Origin: an uncultured SAR116 cluster alpha proteobacterium
Lineage (GTDB): Bacteria > Pseudomonadota > Alphaproteobacteria > Puniceispirillales > Puniceispirillaceae
Direction: 5' to 3'
Length of the DNA stretch: 64,000 bases
NCBI GenBank assembly: GCA_902596655.1
Contig: CACJUX010000003.1
Location: 11,649 to 75,648, forward strand
Shown: positions 36,995-46,433 of the stretch, one piece after another
How the letters are laid out: the number at the start of each line of letters is the position of its first letter
Position numbering within the stretch: position 1 is the first letter of the stretch
Translations under genes and position numbers: made by a program
The notes under the pieces: model-generated
The model's database searches: none
Seen by the model: the letters and a program-made list of their open reading frames with translations, nothing else
What the model was told of the DNA's origin: nothing

Positions 36995-37684
36995 CTAAAA
37001 AGGTGAGATCGCTCTCATCGTTCTGCTGAGCCAACCCTGACGGGAGGAGTCCGCAACCTCGCCGGCACCCACATAGGTGATTTCAGCATCGGCAATGCGG
37101 TTTGATACAATCAAATTGGTGGCGGAAATATCCTCCGGACGAACAAGGCCCGTTAATCTGACATATTCGTCACCGTTATTCAGGCGCAGTTTCTTCTGAC
37201 CTGCAATCTCCATGTTTCCATTTTCAAAGACACGGGTCACCGTCACGGTCAAAAACCCTGTCAGCGAGTTTGACTGAGCCGCGCTGCCGGATCCAGAAAA
37301 GCTACGAGAAGTACCTGCTTTAAGCGGATCCGTTCCCTTGTCAAAGCCACCGGTAAAAATGTTTGGAATTCCAACTGGAAGGTCAACATCAAAAGCGTCA
37401 GTCTTGGCCGAGGCTGCGGTCTGCGATTTTGTAGCCGCGAAAGTTTCCGACAGGCTTACGGTAAGAATGTCACCAACTTCACGCGCCCGGCGGTCCGTTG
37501 CAAACAAACCTCCCTTAGATGCTACATAGATTGCGCCAGTGGGTGCGCCATGATCTTCAGGCATGTGAGCTTCAGGATAGATGGGATCAAACGCGTAGGA
37601 TGCTTGATTTTCGACATAGGTGGAGCAACCACTCAAAAGTAGTCCAAGTGCAAGGATAAAAAATACTAAAAAACGATCATACAT
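36995..37684 (-). CDS. flgH: Flagellar L-ring lipoprotein FlgH
   Basis: ATG 37684 gives MYDRFLVFFILALGLLLSGC (lipobox). Conserved FlgH core is present (DRRAREVGDILTVSLSE, ITVTRVFENGNMEIAGQK). The longer 37747 start would overlap flgG. Confidence 0.9.
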   Translation of the reverse strand: MYDRFLVFFILALGLLLSGCSTYVENQASYAFDPIYPEAHMPEDHGAPTGAIYVASKGGLFATDRRAREVGDILTVSLSETFAATKSQTAASAKTDAFDVDLPVGIPNIFTGGFDKGTDPLKAGTSRSFSGSGSAAQSNSLTGFLTVTVTRVFENGNMEIAGQKKLRLNNGDEYVRLTGLVRPEDISATNLIVSNRIADAEITYVGAGEVADSSRQGWLSRTMRAISPF

Positions 37685-37709
37685 GAGTTTTACCTGATGA
37701 TTCTGATGT

Positions 37710-38498
37710 CTACAGGTTTTGCGAGATAAACCGAAGCATCTCATCAACTGAAGTGATTGATTTTGAGCTTACTTCATACGCGCGCTGTGTCTCGATCATC
37801 TCGACCAGCTCCTGAACGACATTAACGTTTGCAGCCTCAAGCGACCCCTGAATAAGACGCCCCAGGCCCTCTTCCTGAGGGTTGCCCACAATGGGGTCGC
37901 CACTTGTGTCCGTTCGGGTAAAGAAACTCTCACCAACTGGTTGCAGGCCAATGCGGTTTGTGAAATCAGCAATTGTAATTTGGCCAACCGCTTCAGCGTT
38001 GTCAGCACCCTGCTGGAGAACGCTAATGATGCCGTCCCGTGATATGTTGATTTGTGATGCACCGGCTGGAATTTGAATCTCAGGCTGAACAACATAACCA
38101 CTCGCCGTGGTCAGTGTGCCCTCAGCATTGGTCGAGAATGAACCATTTCTTGTGTAGCCAATACGCCCATCAGGAAGAAGCACCTGAAAGAACCCAGTTC
38201 CCTCAATTGCAAGGTCCAAAGAATTATCTGTAGTTATCATGCTACCTTGGGACATGTTTTTCTGGGTATTGACGATACGTGCGCCAGTGCCAACCGAAAA
38301 GGAGGAGGTCAGATTGGTTTGTGCTGTTGTCTGGTCGCCAGCAACTCGGCGAACCTGATACAGCAATGTTTCGAAATTGGCACGGTCACGCTTAAAGCCA
38401 GTAGTGCTGACGTTCGCCAGATTGTTGGCGATGATCTGCATGCGAGTTTGCTGGGCGTTGAGGCCAGTCTTGGCCACGTGCATCGAACTGGTTGACAT
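37710..38498 (-). CDS. flgG: Distal rod protein FlgG
   Basis: 262 aa with N-terminal ANNLANVSTTGFKRDR and C-terminal LEAANVNVVQELVEMIETQRAYEVSSKSI. Confidence 0.95.
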   Translation of the reverse strand: MSTSSMHVAKTGLNAQQTRMQIIANNLANVSTTGFKRDRANFETLLYQVRRVAGDQTTAQTNLTSSFSVGTGARIVNTQKNMSQGSMITTDNSLDLAIEGTGFFQVLLPDGRIGYTRNGSFSTNAEGTLTTASGYVVQPEIQIPAGASQINISRDGIISVLQQGADNAEAVGQITIADFTNRIGLQPVGESFFTRTDTSGDPIVGNPQEEGLGRLIQGSLEAANVNVVQELVEMIETQRAYEVSSKSITSVDEMLRFISQNL

Positions 38499-38575
38499 CA
38501 GTTTTCTCCTGCAAGAAATGTTAATTAGTCAAAGGGTAGCAAGAGACGTGCCAAACCAAAACGGCAGAGTCAGAA

Positions 38576-39331
38576 TTAGCTAGGCATTCGCATTAGACTG
38601 GCACCAGCTTCGTCTGCCTCAGTGGCAGATGATATCAACTTAATGTTGACCTCATAGGCACGCTGGTCCTCAATCGTGTTGACGAGTTCCTCAGTGATGT
38701 TAACGTTGCTGAGTTCAACATGTTTTTGGACAATTGTCGGCACTTGATCGGCCAGTGGGAGGCCCCCACTCTCAGCCCTAATTTCGCCATCTTCAAATTT
38801 TTTTAACCTCTCACCGGCGCCCGATGTCATGCCAATCGTGGCGACGAATATTTTAGTCCCCGGCTCGGAGCCAAGTGGCTGCACAAAAATATCTCCGTTA
38901 TCTGCAATCTGGATAGACCGATATGCGCCAATCTTTATCGGTGTGAGATTCTTATCCAAAAAAAGATGCTTTGAGCCATTGATCAAGAAGCCATCATTAT
39001 TGACATTTAGATCGCCTCTTCGGGTCAGTGAGGGGGCGCCAGGCCCCTTCACCATAAAATAACCATCGCCTCTCAAAGCAACATCCATATCACTACCGGT
39101 TTGAGAAAGCGTGCCGGGCTCTGACTCAAAAATATTACTATCATCTCGGACTGCCAGGGCCCTTGTTTGGAAGGTGTTCTCGGCCATCAAGAATGCTGAC
39201 CCAACTGATTTAGTTCCCAAATCACGCCTGTAGCCAGGAACATTAACATTGGCCATATTTTGGGCGCGCACCGACCGATTGTCATAGATATTGTTCAGCG
39301 TATTGAAAGCTGTATAAATCAACCTATCCAT
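38576..39331 (-). CDS. flgF: Proximal rod protein FlgF
   Basis: 251 aa with N-terminal AQNMANVNVPGYRRD and C-terminal ELSNVNITEELVNTIEDQRAYEVNIKLI. Position is between flgE and flgG. Confidence 0.85.
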   Translation of the reverse strand: MDRLIYTAFNTLNNIYDNRSVRAQNMANVNVPGYRRDLGTKSVGSAFLMAENTFQTRALAVRDDSNIFESEPGTLSQTGSDMDVALRGDGYFMVKGPGAPSLTRRGDLNVNNDGFLINGSKHLFLDKNLTPIKIGAYRSIQIADNGDIFVQPLGSEPGTKIFVATIGMTSGAGERLKKFEDGEIRAESGGLPLADQVPTIVQKHVELSNVNITEELVNTIEDQRAYEVNIKLISSATEADEAGASLMRMPS

Positions 39332-39364
39332 AACATTCTCCTGCCCTTCCTAAAACCTTAACGA

Positions 39365-42300
39365 TTACATCCGGATATTAATGATTGTCTGGGTCAGACC
39401 AGTTGTTGTTTCAATAGCCTTTGCAGATGCCTGGAAGTTTCGCTGAGCAGTAATCAGATTGACCAACTCTTCAGTGATATCAACGTTGGAACGCTCGAGC
39501 GAACCAGACAGAATGTTGCCAAAGCCCTCAGAACCAGCCTCTCCGACCTGCGGCGCACCAGAAACAGCTGTCTCCGTGTAAGTCGCGTTACCAATCTGTT
39601 TCAAACCGTTTTGGTTGTTGAAGTTGGCTACAACGATCTTACCAAGTGGGTTATTCTGACCATTCGTGTAGTTTGCCCGGATTGTACCAGATGAGTCGAT
39701 CTCGATACCATCGAGACGTCCCGAAGTAAAACCATCCTGCTCAACCGTTAGCACCGAGAAGGGCTGCGCCAGCTGTGTAGAGGTTGAGAAATCAACATCC
39801 AATGAGATCGACAGTCCCTCACCCTGCTTTTCGTAATGCACTAAGTTTTTTGGGCTAACAAGCTTACCTGTCTTATCAAAAGTCAATTCACCCTCATCGA
39901 TGTATAGAGGGAAATAACCATCAACGATATTCTCAGGAGGGTTGGTTACAACCTCGCCATCTGCGTCAACGAAAAGAGCAACCCCATCTTTGTCCGTCGC
40001 CTGAACCAGATTAAAAATCTCCGGGACAGTCCCAACGCCCAAAGGTACCTCATCAAGGCCGAGGCGGGCAGCGCCTTTAACTTTAATTGTCGAGTCTGAG
40101 CCCGTGGTGCCTGATGAAAAAGTGAAGTTATTGGAGTCGCTGCTGTAAGAGACAGTCACACCACCAATCTGCACACCTGTTACCGGATCAACAATCTGGT
40201 TTATGCGTGTCTGCAATGCTTCAGCCAATGTTGTGCCAACATAGGATGTTGCCGGCACTTCAATGATCCCGCTAATGCCGTTCACCGAGACATTAAAGAT
40301 ATTGTCACCAGCCTGATTTGAAAGTTTGAAAACATTAGTGAGTGGTTCATTCGCGCTAGCACCAACTGCAGTAGCCGAAGTTGCTTTGAGACCTTTACCA
40401 GAAGTAAAAAGAAAGCCGTTCTTTGAGGCTCCCACGCCAAATAAGGAATTATCACCATTACCGATGACAGTGGCATCAACATCATAAGGTTGGGCCACAC
40501 GAGCGCCTGTTGTCGCACTGATCGCGTAACGGCCAACCTGAATATTAGAAGCTTTCTGATCAGTGCTAACACCATTGGCACCATTAGCTGCGATTGCCTC
40601 TCCTGTGGTGCCGCTCGAGATTGTAAAGTTCTGTAGTTCACTATTATAAGCGACATTGACACCAAATCGTTTATCGTTCGGCTGGATTTCTTCTCCTGTG
40701 GCCGTGAAGGCTGAGCCAAAGTAAACCTCACCACCCCGGATCGCCACGCGCTGTGCGTTATCAGCATTGGTCAGACCCAAATTGTTTGTGCCTGTCTGTG
40801 TGGCTGAGCCATAGGCAGAAAAAGAGTTAAAGTTACTGTCGGTACCTGACCCCAGCACTGTACGATCAACCTCAAATTTCAGACGCTGGTTGATTGAATC
40901 ATAGCCAACTTTTACAGGTGGATTTTTCTCATCAACCCAATCAACAGAGCTTTTTTCACCCACGGTACTTTCAATAGCTGTATTGCTAAGCGCGGAATAT
41001 GTTCCTTCCTCACCTTCCACACTTACTGAAAATACGTTCGTGGTAAGGGTAGTTGTTATCGAAACCTCGGCATTGTCATCGCGCGATATAAAGAGTTTTG
41101 TGATGGTAGCGTCGGCCGGTGCAGGGTCCACATTAGCAACCGTTGAACCCACATTCCTCCAGTTATCCGCAGTGGTTTCAGCAACCACATCACCGGCAGC
41201 GTTGACAAAGGTAAAGGAATAACCCTTTAGATCTACTCCATCTAGAGCTGTCACCAGAGCTGCCATGGGTGTTCCAGCATCACCATTCGCAAGAGCCCCA
41301 GTCGCAATGGTCAAATCATTCGAATTATCAGAACCACTGCTTAAAACTATATTCATGGTTTCTCCACCACCTAAAGTAGCTGCTGCCGGTTCAGTGACCA
41401 CCAATTGTCTATGAAAATTCTGCAAACCAAGAGAAGTCAATTTAGTCGCTAAAGTAGTAGCTCCATTTAGTTCCTCCGCAGTATTGTCGATCCTCCAAGC
41501 GCTCGCAACAAATGCGCCTTTTTCAGTGGTGTTTTCTGTTGTGCTCTGAAGTTCCCTCATCACAATTTTTTGGCTCGAATATATCTCTCTTGCACCTTCA
41601 TATACAGGCGATGTACCCTCAAAAAATGCTTCCATGGTTGGCTCATCATCGGTGGGGCTGGTAAGCGCAAAAATGTCCGTTGCAGTTCCAACAGTGATGT
41701 TGAAATCCTCATCAGCAACAGCAAGTCCAGAAGTACTAACGTCGATATATCCTGCATTACCTCCATCTGCAGGCGTAACCGAATTTATAACGAGGGTCCG
41801 CCCATTAAGGTCACCACGTAATCCGGTATCACCTGCAAGCATCAGGCTTCTTCCTTGCTCAAAATTAGTTGTATCAGCAACGTAGATGCGGAGCCTATTT
41901 TCGGTAGCAGCAAACTCGATCAAGTTTGTTCCATTGCCGCTAACGGCCTCTGCTTCTTTGAACACCGATAAAGCTGGACGTTTGTTGAAATATGAGTGGA
42001 CCATAAAGTGCTTATCTGTAGGGTCATCGGTTCGCTCAACCTCAATCATAGTAGAATACTCATAAGGTTCAGCGATTGCCTCACCTTTTGTTTTGACGAA
42101 TTGCAATCCACCAACACCAAGAGGATCATCTGAAAATTCACGGCCATACTCATTGAGTGTTTCATTGATACGAATTTGCGAATGAGCGAGAAACTGTTCC
42201 TTTGTAAAATCTGGCGATGTGCCAGAAATCGAGAAGTCGCTTCCCATAGCTTCAGTAACAAAGCTGTCTGTTCCCAAAAGCTCCACAGCAATTTTATTTG

Positions 42301-43549
42301 TCAAGTTCGAGACTGTTCCATCTGCACCAACACGCTGGAAATCGAATGTGATGGTGTCGTCAACATTCTGCTCAACCTGGAACTTGCGGTCATCACCATA
42401 GGCAGCGTTGATTGCGCGCTCCACCTCGGCGGCTAATTGCGTAGCGTTATAGAGGCCAGGGTTAATGTCAATGCTAACTGGCTGGTCTGAGTCATCAACA
42501 TTGACCAGAAGGAAATCCTTGCCCCAGTAAACATCACTTCCAGTGTTGCCGGCTTCACGTGTTGCTTTGAATTGAAGTGGGTCGGTAACAATCTCAACAA
42601 GCTTGTCACCCTCCTCACCAAAGTCGAAACTACTCGACTCACCAGTGACCGATGCCGGCTGTGACGGCACTTTTGTCTGCAGATCGTCGAGTTTGTAAAG
42701 CGGTGAGCCCTTACCCTCAATGAAGTAGTTGTCATCAGGAATAGAAGTTGTCTGTTGACCAAATCGGTCAACGAAGATTTGATTGCCCGCATCATCAACT
42801 GCACTAACAAGATCCGGGTCAATTATAGTGTCATTAATTACCAAACGAGTATCGTATTTGTTTGTCGGGTCTTCGGCAGTTGCTGCTTGCGTCTTGATAA
42901 AATAGACCGTTGCAATTGTTGGATTACCCAAATCATCAAAGATTGTAATCGATGTTGAATTAGAAAAAGTGTTTGGGTCATTCGGATTAAACTCATACCC
43001 ATCCGAGAAAGCAGATCTATCAGTTACGACGTCAGATGCCGCATTGACGTTCACACCAAGAGTTATGTTTGACGTCGCCTGAGGATCACCAGAAGTAACC
43101 GGCAATTGCAGAGGAACTGCACTGTCAAGATCCTTTGCGGTCACAGAACCGTCCGTGTTAACCGGATATGTGAGAAGAAATTGACCTGCAGAATCAACCA
43201 CATAACGGTCGTTGTTTACACTTAATGATCCGTTTCGAGTGTAAACTGTTTGGCTAGCGGTCAAAGATGGCTTGAGGGCAAAGTAACCCTGACCGGATAT
43301 CGCAAGATCAAGTGCGTTAAGAGACGAGGCGATGTTACCCTGGGTAAACTGCTGCTTGATACCCTTTAGGATAGTACCAGAACCAATTGATGATGAAGCA
43401 TTCTGCAACGGTGAAGTCGCAAAAATATCACCAAACTCGACGCGGCTTCTCTTGAAGCCCGTAGTGCCAACGTTGGCGATATTGTTAGACGTCGCCGAAA
43501 TATCAGCCGACGATCCATTCAATCCTGTCAATGCGGTATAAAATGACAT
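39365..43549 (-). CDS. flgE: Flagellar hook protein FlgE, giant (1394 aa)
   Basis: N-terminal SNNIANVGTTGFKRSRVEF and C-terminal LERSNVDITEELVNLITAQRNFQASAKAIE hook/rod motifs. It sits in the canonical flgD-flgE-flgF slot as one uninterrupted ORF. Confidence 0.9.
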   Translation of the reverse strand: MSFYTALTGLNGSSADISATSNNIANVGTTGFKRSRVEFGDIFATSPLQNASSSIGSGTILKGIKQQFTQGNIASSLNALDLAISGQGYFALKPSLTASQTVYTRNGSLSVNNDRYVVDSAGQFLLTYPVNTDGSVTAKDLDSAVPLQLPVTSGDPQATSNITLGVNVNAASDVVTDRSAFSDGYEFNPNDPNTFSNSTSITIFDDLGNPTIATVYFIKTQAATAEDPTNKYDTRLVINDTIIDPDLVSAVDDAGNQIFVDRFGQQTTSIPDDNYFIEGKGSPLYKLDDLQTKVPSQPASVTGESSSFDFGEEGDKLVEIVTDPLQFKATREAGNTGSDVYWGKDFLLVNVDDSDQPVSIDINPGLYNATQLAAEVERAINAAYGDDRKFQVEQNVDDTITFDFQRVGADGTVSNLTNKIAVELLGTDSFVTEAMGSDFSISGTSPDFTKEQFLAHSQIRINETLNEYGREFSDDPLGVGGLQFVKTKGEAIAEPYEYSTMIEVERTDDPTDKHFMVHSYFNKRPALSVFKEAEAVSGNGTNLIEFAATENRLRIYVADTTNFEQGRSLMLAGDTGLRGDLNGRTLVINSVTPADGGNAGYIDVSTSGLAVADEDFNITVGTATDIFALTSPTDDEPTMEAFFEGTSPVYEGAREIYSSQKIVMRELQSTTENTTEKGAFVASAWRIDNTAEELNGATTLATKLTSLGLQNFHRQLVVTEPAAATLGGGETMNIVLSSGSDNSNDLTIATGALANGDAGTPMAALVTALDGVDLKGYSFTFVNAAGDVVAETTADNWRNVGSTVANVDPAPADATITKLFISRDDNAEVSITTTLTTNVFSVSVEGEEGTYSALSNTAIESTVGEKSSVDWVDEKNPPVKVGYDSINQRLKFEVDRTVLGSGTDSNFNSFSAYGSATQTGTNNLGLTNADNAQRVAIRGGEVYFGSAFTATGEEIQPNDKRFGVNVAYNSELQNFTISSGTTGEAIAANGANGVSTDQKASNIQVGRYAISATTGARVAQPYDVDATVIGNGDNSLFGVGASKNGFLFTSGKGLKATSATAVGASANEPLTNVFKLSNQAGDNIFNVSVNGISGIIEVPATSYVGTTLAEALQTRINQIVDPVTGVQIGGVTVSYSSDSNNFTFSSGTTGSDSTIKVKGAARLGLDEVPLGVGTVPEIFNLVQATDKDGVALFVDADGEVVTNPPENIVDGYFPLYIDEGELTFDKTGKLVSPKNLVHYEKQGEGLSISLDVDFSTSTQLAQPFSVLTVEQDGFTSGRLDGIEIDSSGTIRANYTNGQNNPLGKIVVANFNNQNGLKQIGNATYTETAVSGAPQVGEAGSEGFGNILSGSLERSNVDITEELVNLITAQRNFQASAKAIETTTGLTQTIINIRM

Positions 43550-43613
43550 CTTCTCTCTCCTGTAAGACCTTCATGGCCCCTAATCGGCCCTTCGATGTAC
43601 CCTGTTTTCTTTG

Positions 43614-44318
43614 TTACTTTATTGCACTGCGAAATTTCGTTACGTCTGCAGCCCTGATCTCGCCATAGTCACGGACGTCTAGCATCACCCCTGTCAGAGA
43701 GTCACCCTTTGAGGCGGCAAGCACCTCTGCAAATACGGATGGTGTCAATGCCTCCTTGCCACTGCCAAAGTCGGCGTAGGCCTCAATGCGAACGGCCTGA
43801 CCACTGTTAGCCATTTCCTCAGGCATATCTTCCCAAGAAAAACCAACGAGACCGGCAGGCTGCGCACCTAGATCAATTGAATGCATAATCTGACCGTTGT
43901 CATCAGTGAACACCAGACTTGTAGAGGTCGATGACCGAGGTAACTCAAGCATGCCGTGGATTTCACCCCTGTCATCAGGGCGTGCATAATTGCCAGGCAC
44001 CATAACAGAGTTTCCAAGCATGTTTGACGCCGTTGCGATACGGAACTCAGACAGTTGGTCGGCGATTCCCTTAAGGGTTTGGCTCATCTCCGTGATACCT
44101 GTTACCTGAGAGAATTGTGCCATCTGCTCCACCATTGCCGTATTGTCCATAGGGGCAAACGGATCCTGGTTCTGCAGCTGAGTTGTCATGAGCTTCAAAA
44201 AATCAGACTGACCGAGTGAGTCAGCGTTCTTCTTCTGAGCCGCCTCCTCCTGATTTACACCTAATTTCTTTAGAATGCTGTCAAGTTGCGTTTGGCTTGC
44301 TGGGTCTATCGTACTCAT
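43614..44318 (-). CDS. flgD: Hook capping/scaffold protein FlgD
   Basis: 234 aa with the FlgD N-terminal motif (LGQSDFLKLMTTQLQNQDPFAPMDN..MAQFSQV). Confidence 0.9.
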   Translation of the reverse strand: MSTIDPASQTQLDSILKKLGVNQEEAAQKKNADSLGQSDFLKLMTTQLQNQDPFAPMDNTAMVEQMAQFSQVTGITEMSQTLKGIADQLSEFRIATASNMLGNSVMVPGNYARPDDRGEIHGMLELPRSSTSTSLVFTDDNGQIMHSIDLGAQPAGLVGFSWEDMPEEMANSGQAVRIEAYADFGSGKEALTPSVFAEVLAASKGDSLTGVMLDVRDYGEIRAADVTKFRSAIK

Positions 44319-44335
44319 TCATGCTCTCCGTTGGC

Positions 44336-44752
44336 TTATTTGCCCATATTGATGGTGCGCATCATCAGGGCGCGTAGGGTGGTAACCACCTCGACATTAT
44401 TTTGATACTGACGATTGGTTTCCGTCATTTCGATGAACTCTTCTTCAATATTCACTGCGGCTTGATAAACGAACCCACTCTCATCCGCGATTGGATGATT
44501 AGGCATGTAGACACGCTCAGGTTTTCTATCTGTGGTTGTTATGCCCTCAATTGAAGTTGTTGATATCCCTGACTCTTTTACCGTGTCTGCATATTGTGTT
44601 ACAAATACAGGCTTCATCGCCCGGTATGCTGTCTCTTCTGAGGCCGCAACGTTGCCAGCATTGGCAAGGTTGCTGGCGATCGTATTCAGGCGCACAAGTT
44701 GGGCGGCCATCGATCTGCCGGCAATGTCAAAAACATTTCTAATTTCAGCCAT
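44336..44752 (-). CDS. flgC: Proximal rod protein FlgC
   Basis: 138 aa with LNTIASNLANAGN and a C-terminal NIEEEFIEMTETNRQYQNNVEV. Confidence 0.95.
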   Translation of the reverse strand: MAEIRNVFDIAGRSMAAQLVRLNTIASNLANAGNVAASEETAYRAMKPVFVTQYADTVKESGISTTSIEGITTTDRKPERVYMPNHPIADESGFVYQAAVNIEEEFIEMTETNRQYQNNVEVVTTLRALMMRTINMGK

Positions 44753-44760
44753 GATGCCCC

Positions 44761-45147
44761 CTATTCACCCCGGATTGCCGACAACAAGCCGTTGATACGG
44801 TTGTTGAGGAAGGTGAGCGAAGTCTGGTATCGAATGACGTTTTCGGAAAATTCCATCTGCTCTACATTCATCTCGACAGTGTTACCATCGCGCGAGGCAC
44901 TGAGTGGCTGACGATAGAGCATTTCCTTGCCGCTGCCCTTGGCGAGAACAGGAAAATGCTTCTCATTAGTCGTACGCAGCGGTCCATCGCGCTGGACCTT
45001 GCGCATTTCTGCGTCAAAATCGATATCACGCGCCTTAAAATGCGGCGTCGCGGCATTGGCTATGTTAGAGGCGAGGACCTTATTTCGCTTTGAGCGCAAG
45101 GACAGCGCTGTCGAGTGGAGATCCAGATATTCACTGATTCCCTTCAT
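44761..45147 (-). CDS. flgB: Proximal rod protein FlgB
   Basis: 128 aa with LASNIANAATPHFKARD and VEMNVEQMEFSENVIRYQTSLTFL. Confidence 0.9.
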   Translation of the reverse strand: MKGISEYLDLHSTALSLRSKRNKVLASNIANAATPHFKARDIDFDAEMRKVQRDGPLRTTNEKHFPVLAKGSGKEMLYRQPLSASRDGNTVEMNVEQMEFSENVIRYQTSLTFLNNRINGLLSAIRGE

Positions 45148-45272
45148 TGCTTGTCCTTTCTTCCAATTTTCTAATGCTTACCTGTTGGTTTCATTTGTAC
45201 TTTTGGCCGTCACGTGACAGTCTCAAATAAACGTTTTTTACTGTCTCGCGGACCTGCCGTTGGTCCGGAATT

Positions 45273-45288
45273 TGCAAGTAGGATGCCA
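45273..45288 (-). promoter_or_regulatory. Sigma-54 promoter match upstream of flgB
   Basis: The minus strand reads TGGCAT-CCTAC-TTGCA with canonical spacing, ~125 nt upstream of the flgB ATG in the divergent gap. Confidence 0.65.
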
Positions 45289-45311
45289 AACACAACTACG
45301 AGGAAAAAAAA

Positions 45312-46433
45312 ATGGCTTCGGCGACAATCTCCAATAGTGGCGGTCCGGGCTCGACCATCCAGTTGGCACCAGAGACAATAAGAGTACGTGACGCTGTGAT
45401 TGCACGCTGTGAAAAACAGACACTTGAGCAGATGAATGAGTTCGTTAAATCGCTGCTGGCAAATGAGACTGACGAACTAAAACGGCTTGGAGTTCTGGCC
45501 GCGCGCGTCTTTATTTTACGTCAACGCATTCAAAGCCTTGGTGCAGAAGGCCAAATCATTGATGCTAAGGATCTACTAGATGAAACCCTTGTCTCAGATA
45601 CGGCAACTACCGCTGCCGAGGCACCACCAGAAGAGCTGGCGGAGAGTGGCTGGACCCGACTGCGCATATTGAAAGAATGCAAGGTCGGCGATGTTCGCTT
45701 CTTTAAAGGGGCAATTGTTGATGTCCGCGCTAATGAAGCCGAGGCATTGATCCAGAGTGGTAATGCAGAACTCCAGCAGGCGGGCGATGCTGACGCAACC
45801 GCACCCACCGCAAAGAACGATGTTGTCGCGCCCCCCGAAAAAGCGACCCCTGAAGAAACGCCAGCTGCAGAGGATGCAGCAATAACAAAAACACTGGAAG
45901 CCAGCTCGACTGTAAAGGCGAGCCAGGCAGAGGCCGACCCCAAACCTTCCGGTGAGCCAGTGCCAGACACGCCCCCAGCCAATGCCGCTCTCTCAATTGA
46001 TATGGACACCCCATTTGAGGATAAATCCACCCCCGGCCTAAGCGATGAAGAACGTGCCGATGAAGCCATGGAGGCGATCTTCGCAGCTGCTGACAAGCAG
46101 GAAGCAGAAATCGCCGAGGCTGCTGCGAAGGCTGCTGCTGAAGCTGAGGCTGCCGCGAAGGCTGCTGCTGATGCTGAAGCTGCTGCGCGTGGTATCATTG
46201 ATGACACCATAGAACCAGAAATAGACGCCGCGCCCGCAGCAGAAGATGCCGCGCCCTCAGAATCACCCGAGGTCACAAGTGGCGAGACAGGAGTAGCGGC
46301 GAACGATGAGCAGCCTAAACTAGATGCAACTGAAATCGGCGTCGACTCAACCGATCTGGAAGAACTTGCCGCCTTTGCCGGTCTCACTGGCGATCCCATC
46401 ACGCCCAAGGGTGGTGATGACGAGGCAAAATGA
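45312..46433 (+). CDS. Hypothetical acidic protein with a ~140-aa N-terminal domain and a long Ala/Glu/Pro/Asp-rich tail
   Basis: ATG 45312 has a GAGGA SD ~8 nt upstream. Its stop overlaps the next start (ATGA at 46430). The tail contains AEAAAKAAAEAEAAAKAAADAEAAA. I consider the antisense 292-aa ORF an artefact. Confidence 0.6.
   Translation: MASATISNSGGPGSTIQLAPETIRVRDAVIARCEKQTLEQMNEFVKSLLANETDELKRLGVLAARVFILRQRIQSLGAEGQIIDAKDLLDETLVSDTATTAAEAPPEELAESGWTRLRILKECKVGDVRFFKGAIVDVRANEAEALIQSGNAELQQAGDADATAPTAKNDVVAPPEKATPEETPAAEDAAITKTLEASSTVKASQAEADPKPSGEPVPDTPPANAALSIDMDTPFEDKSTPGLSDEERADEAMEAIFAAADKQEAEIAEAAAKAAAEAEAAAKAAADAEAAARGIIDDTIEPEIDAAPAAEDAAPSESPEVTSGETGVAANDEQPKLDATEIGVDSTDLEELAAFAGLTGDPITPKGGDDEAK
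46116..46190 (+). repeat. 30-bp in-frame tandem repeat (about 2.5 copies)
   Basis: GAGGCTGCTGCGAAGGCTGCTGCTGAAGCT / GAGGCTGCCGCGAAGGCTGCTGCTGATGCT / GAAGCTGCTGCGCGT, encoding EAAAKAAAEA-type units. Confidence 0.85.

Noticed and set aside
45530-46408. 292-aa minus-strand ORF (Ala/Ser-rich) antisense to the acidic protein gene
   Set aside because: It is a mirror-image artefact of GCT/GCC/GAA-rich repeats. The plus-strand ORF has an SD, a structured N-terminal domain and ATGA coupling to the next gene. The antisense ORF has none of these.
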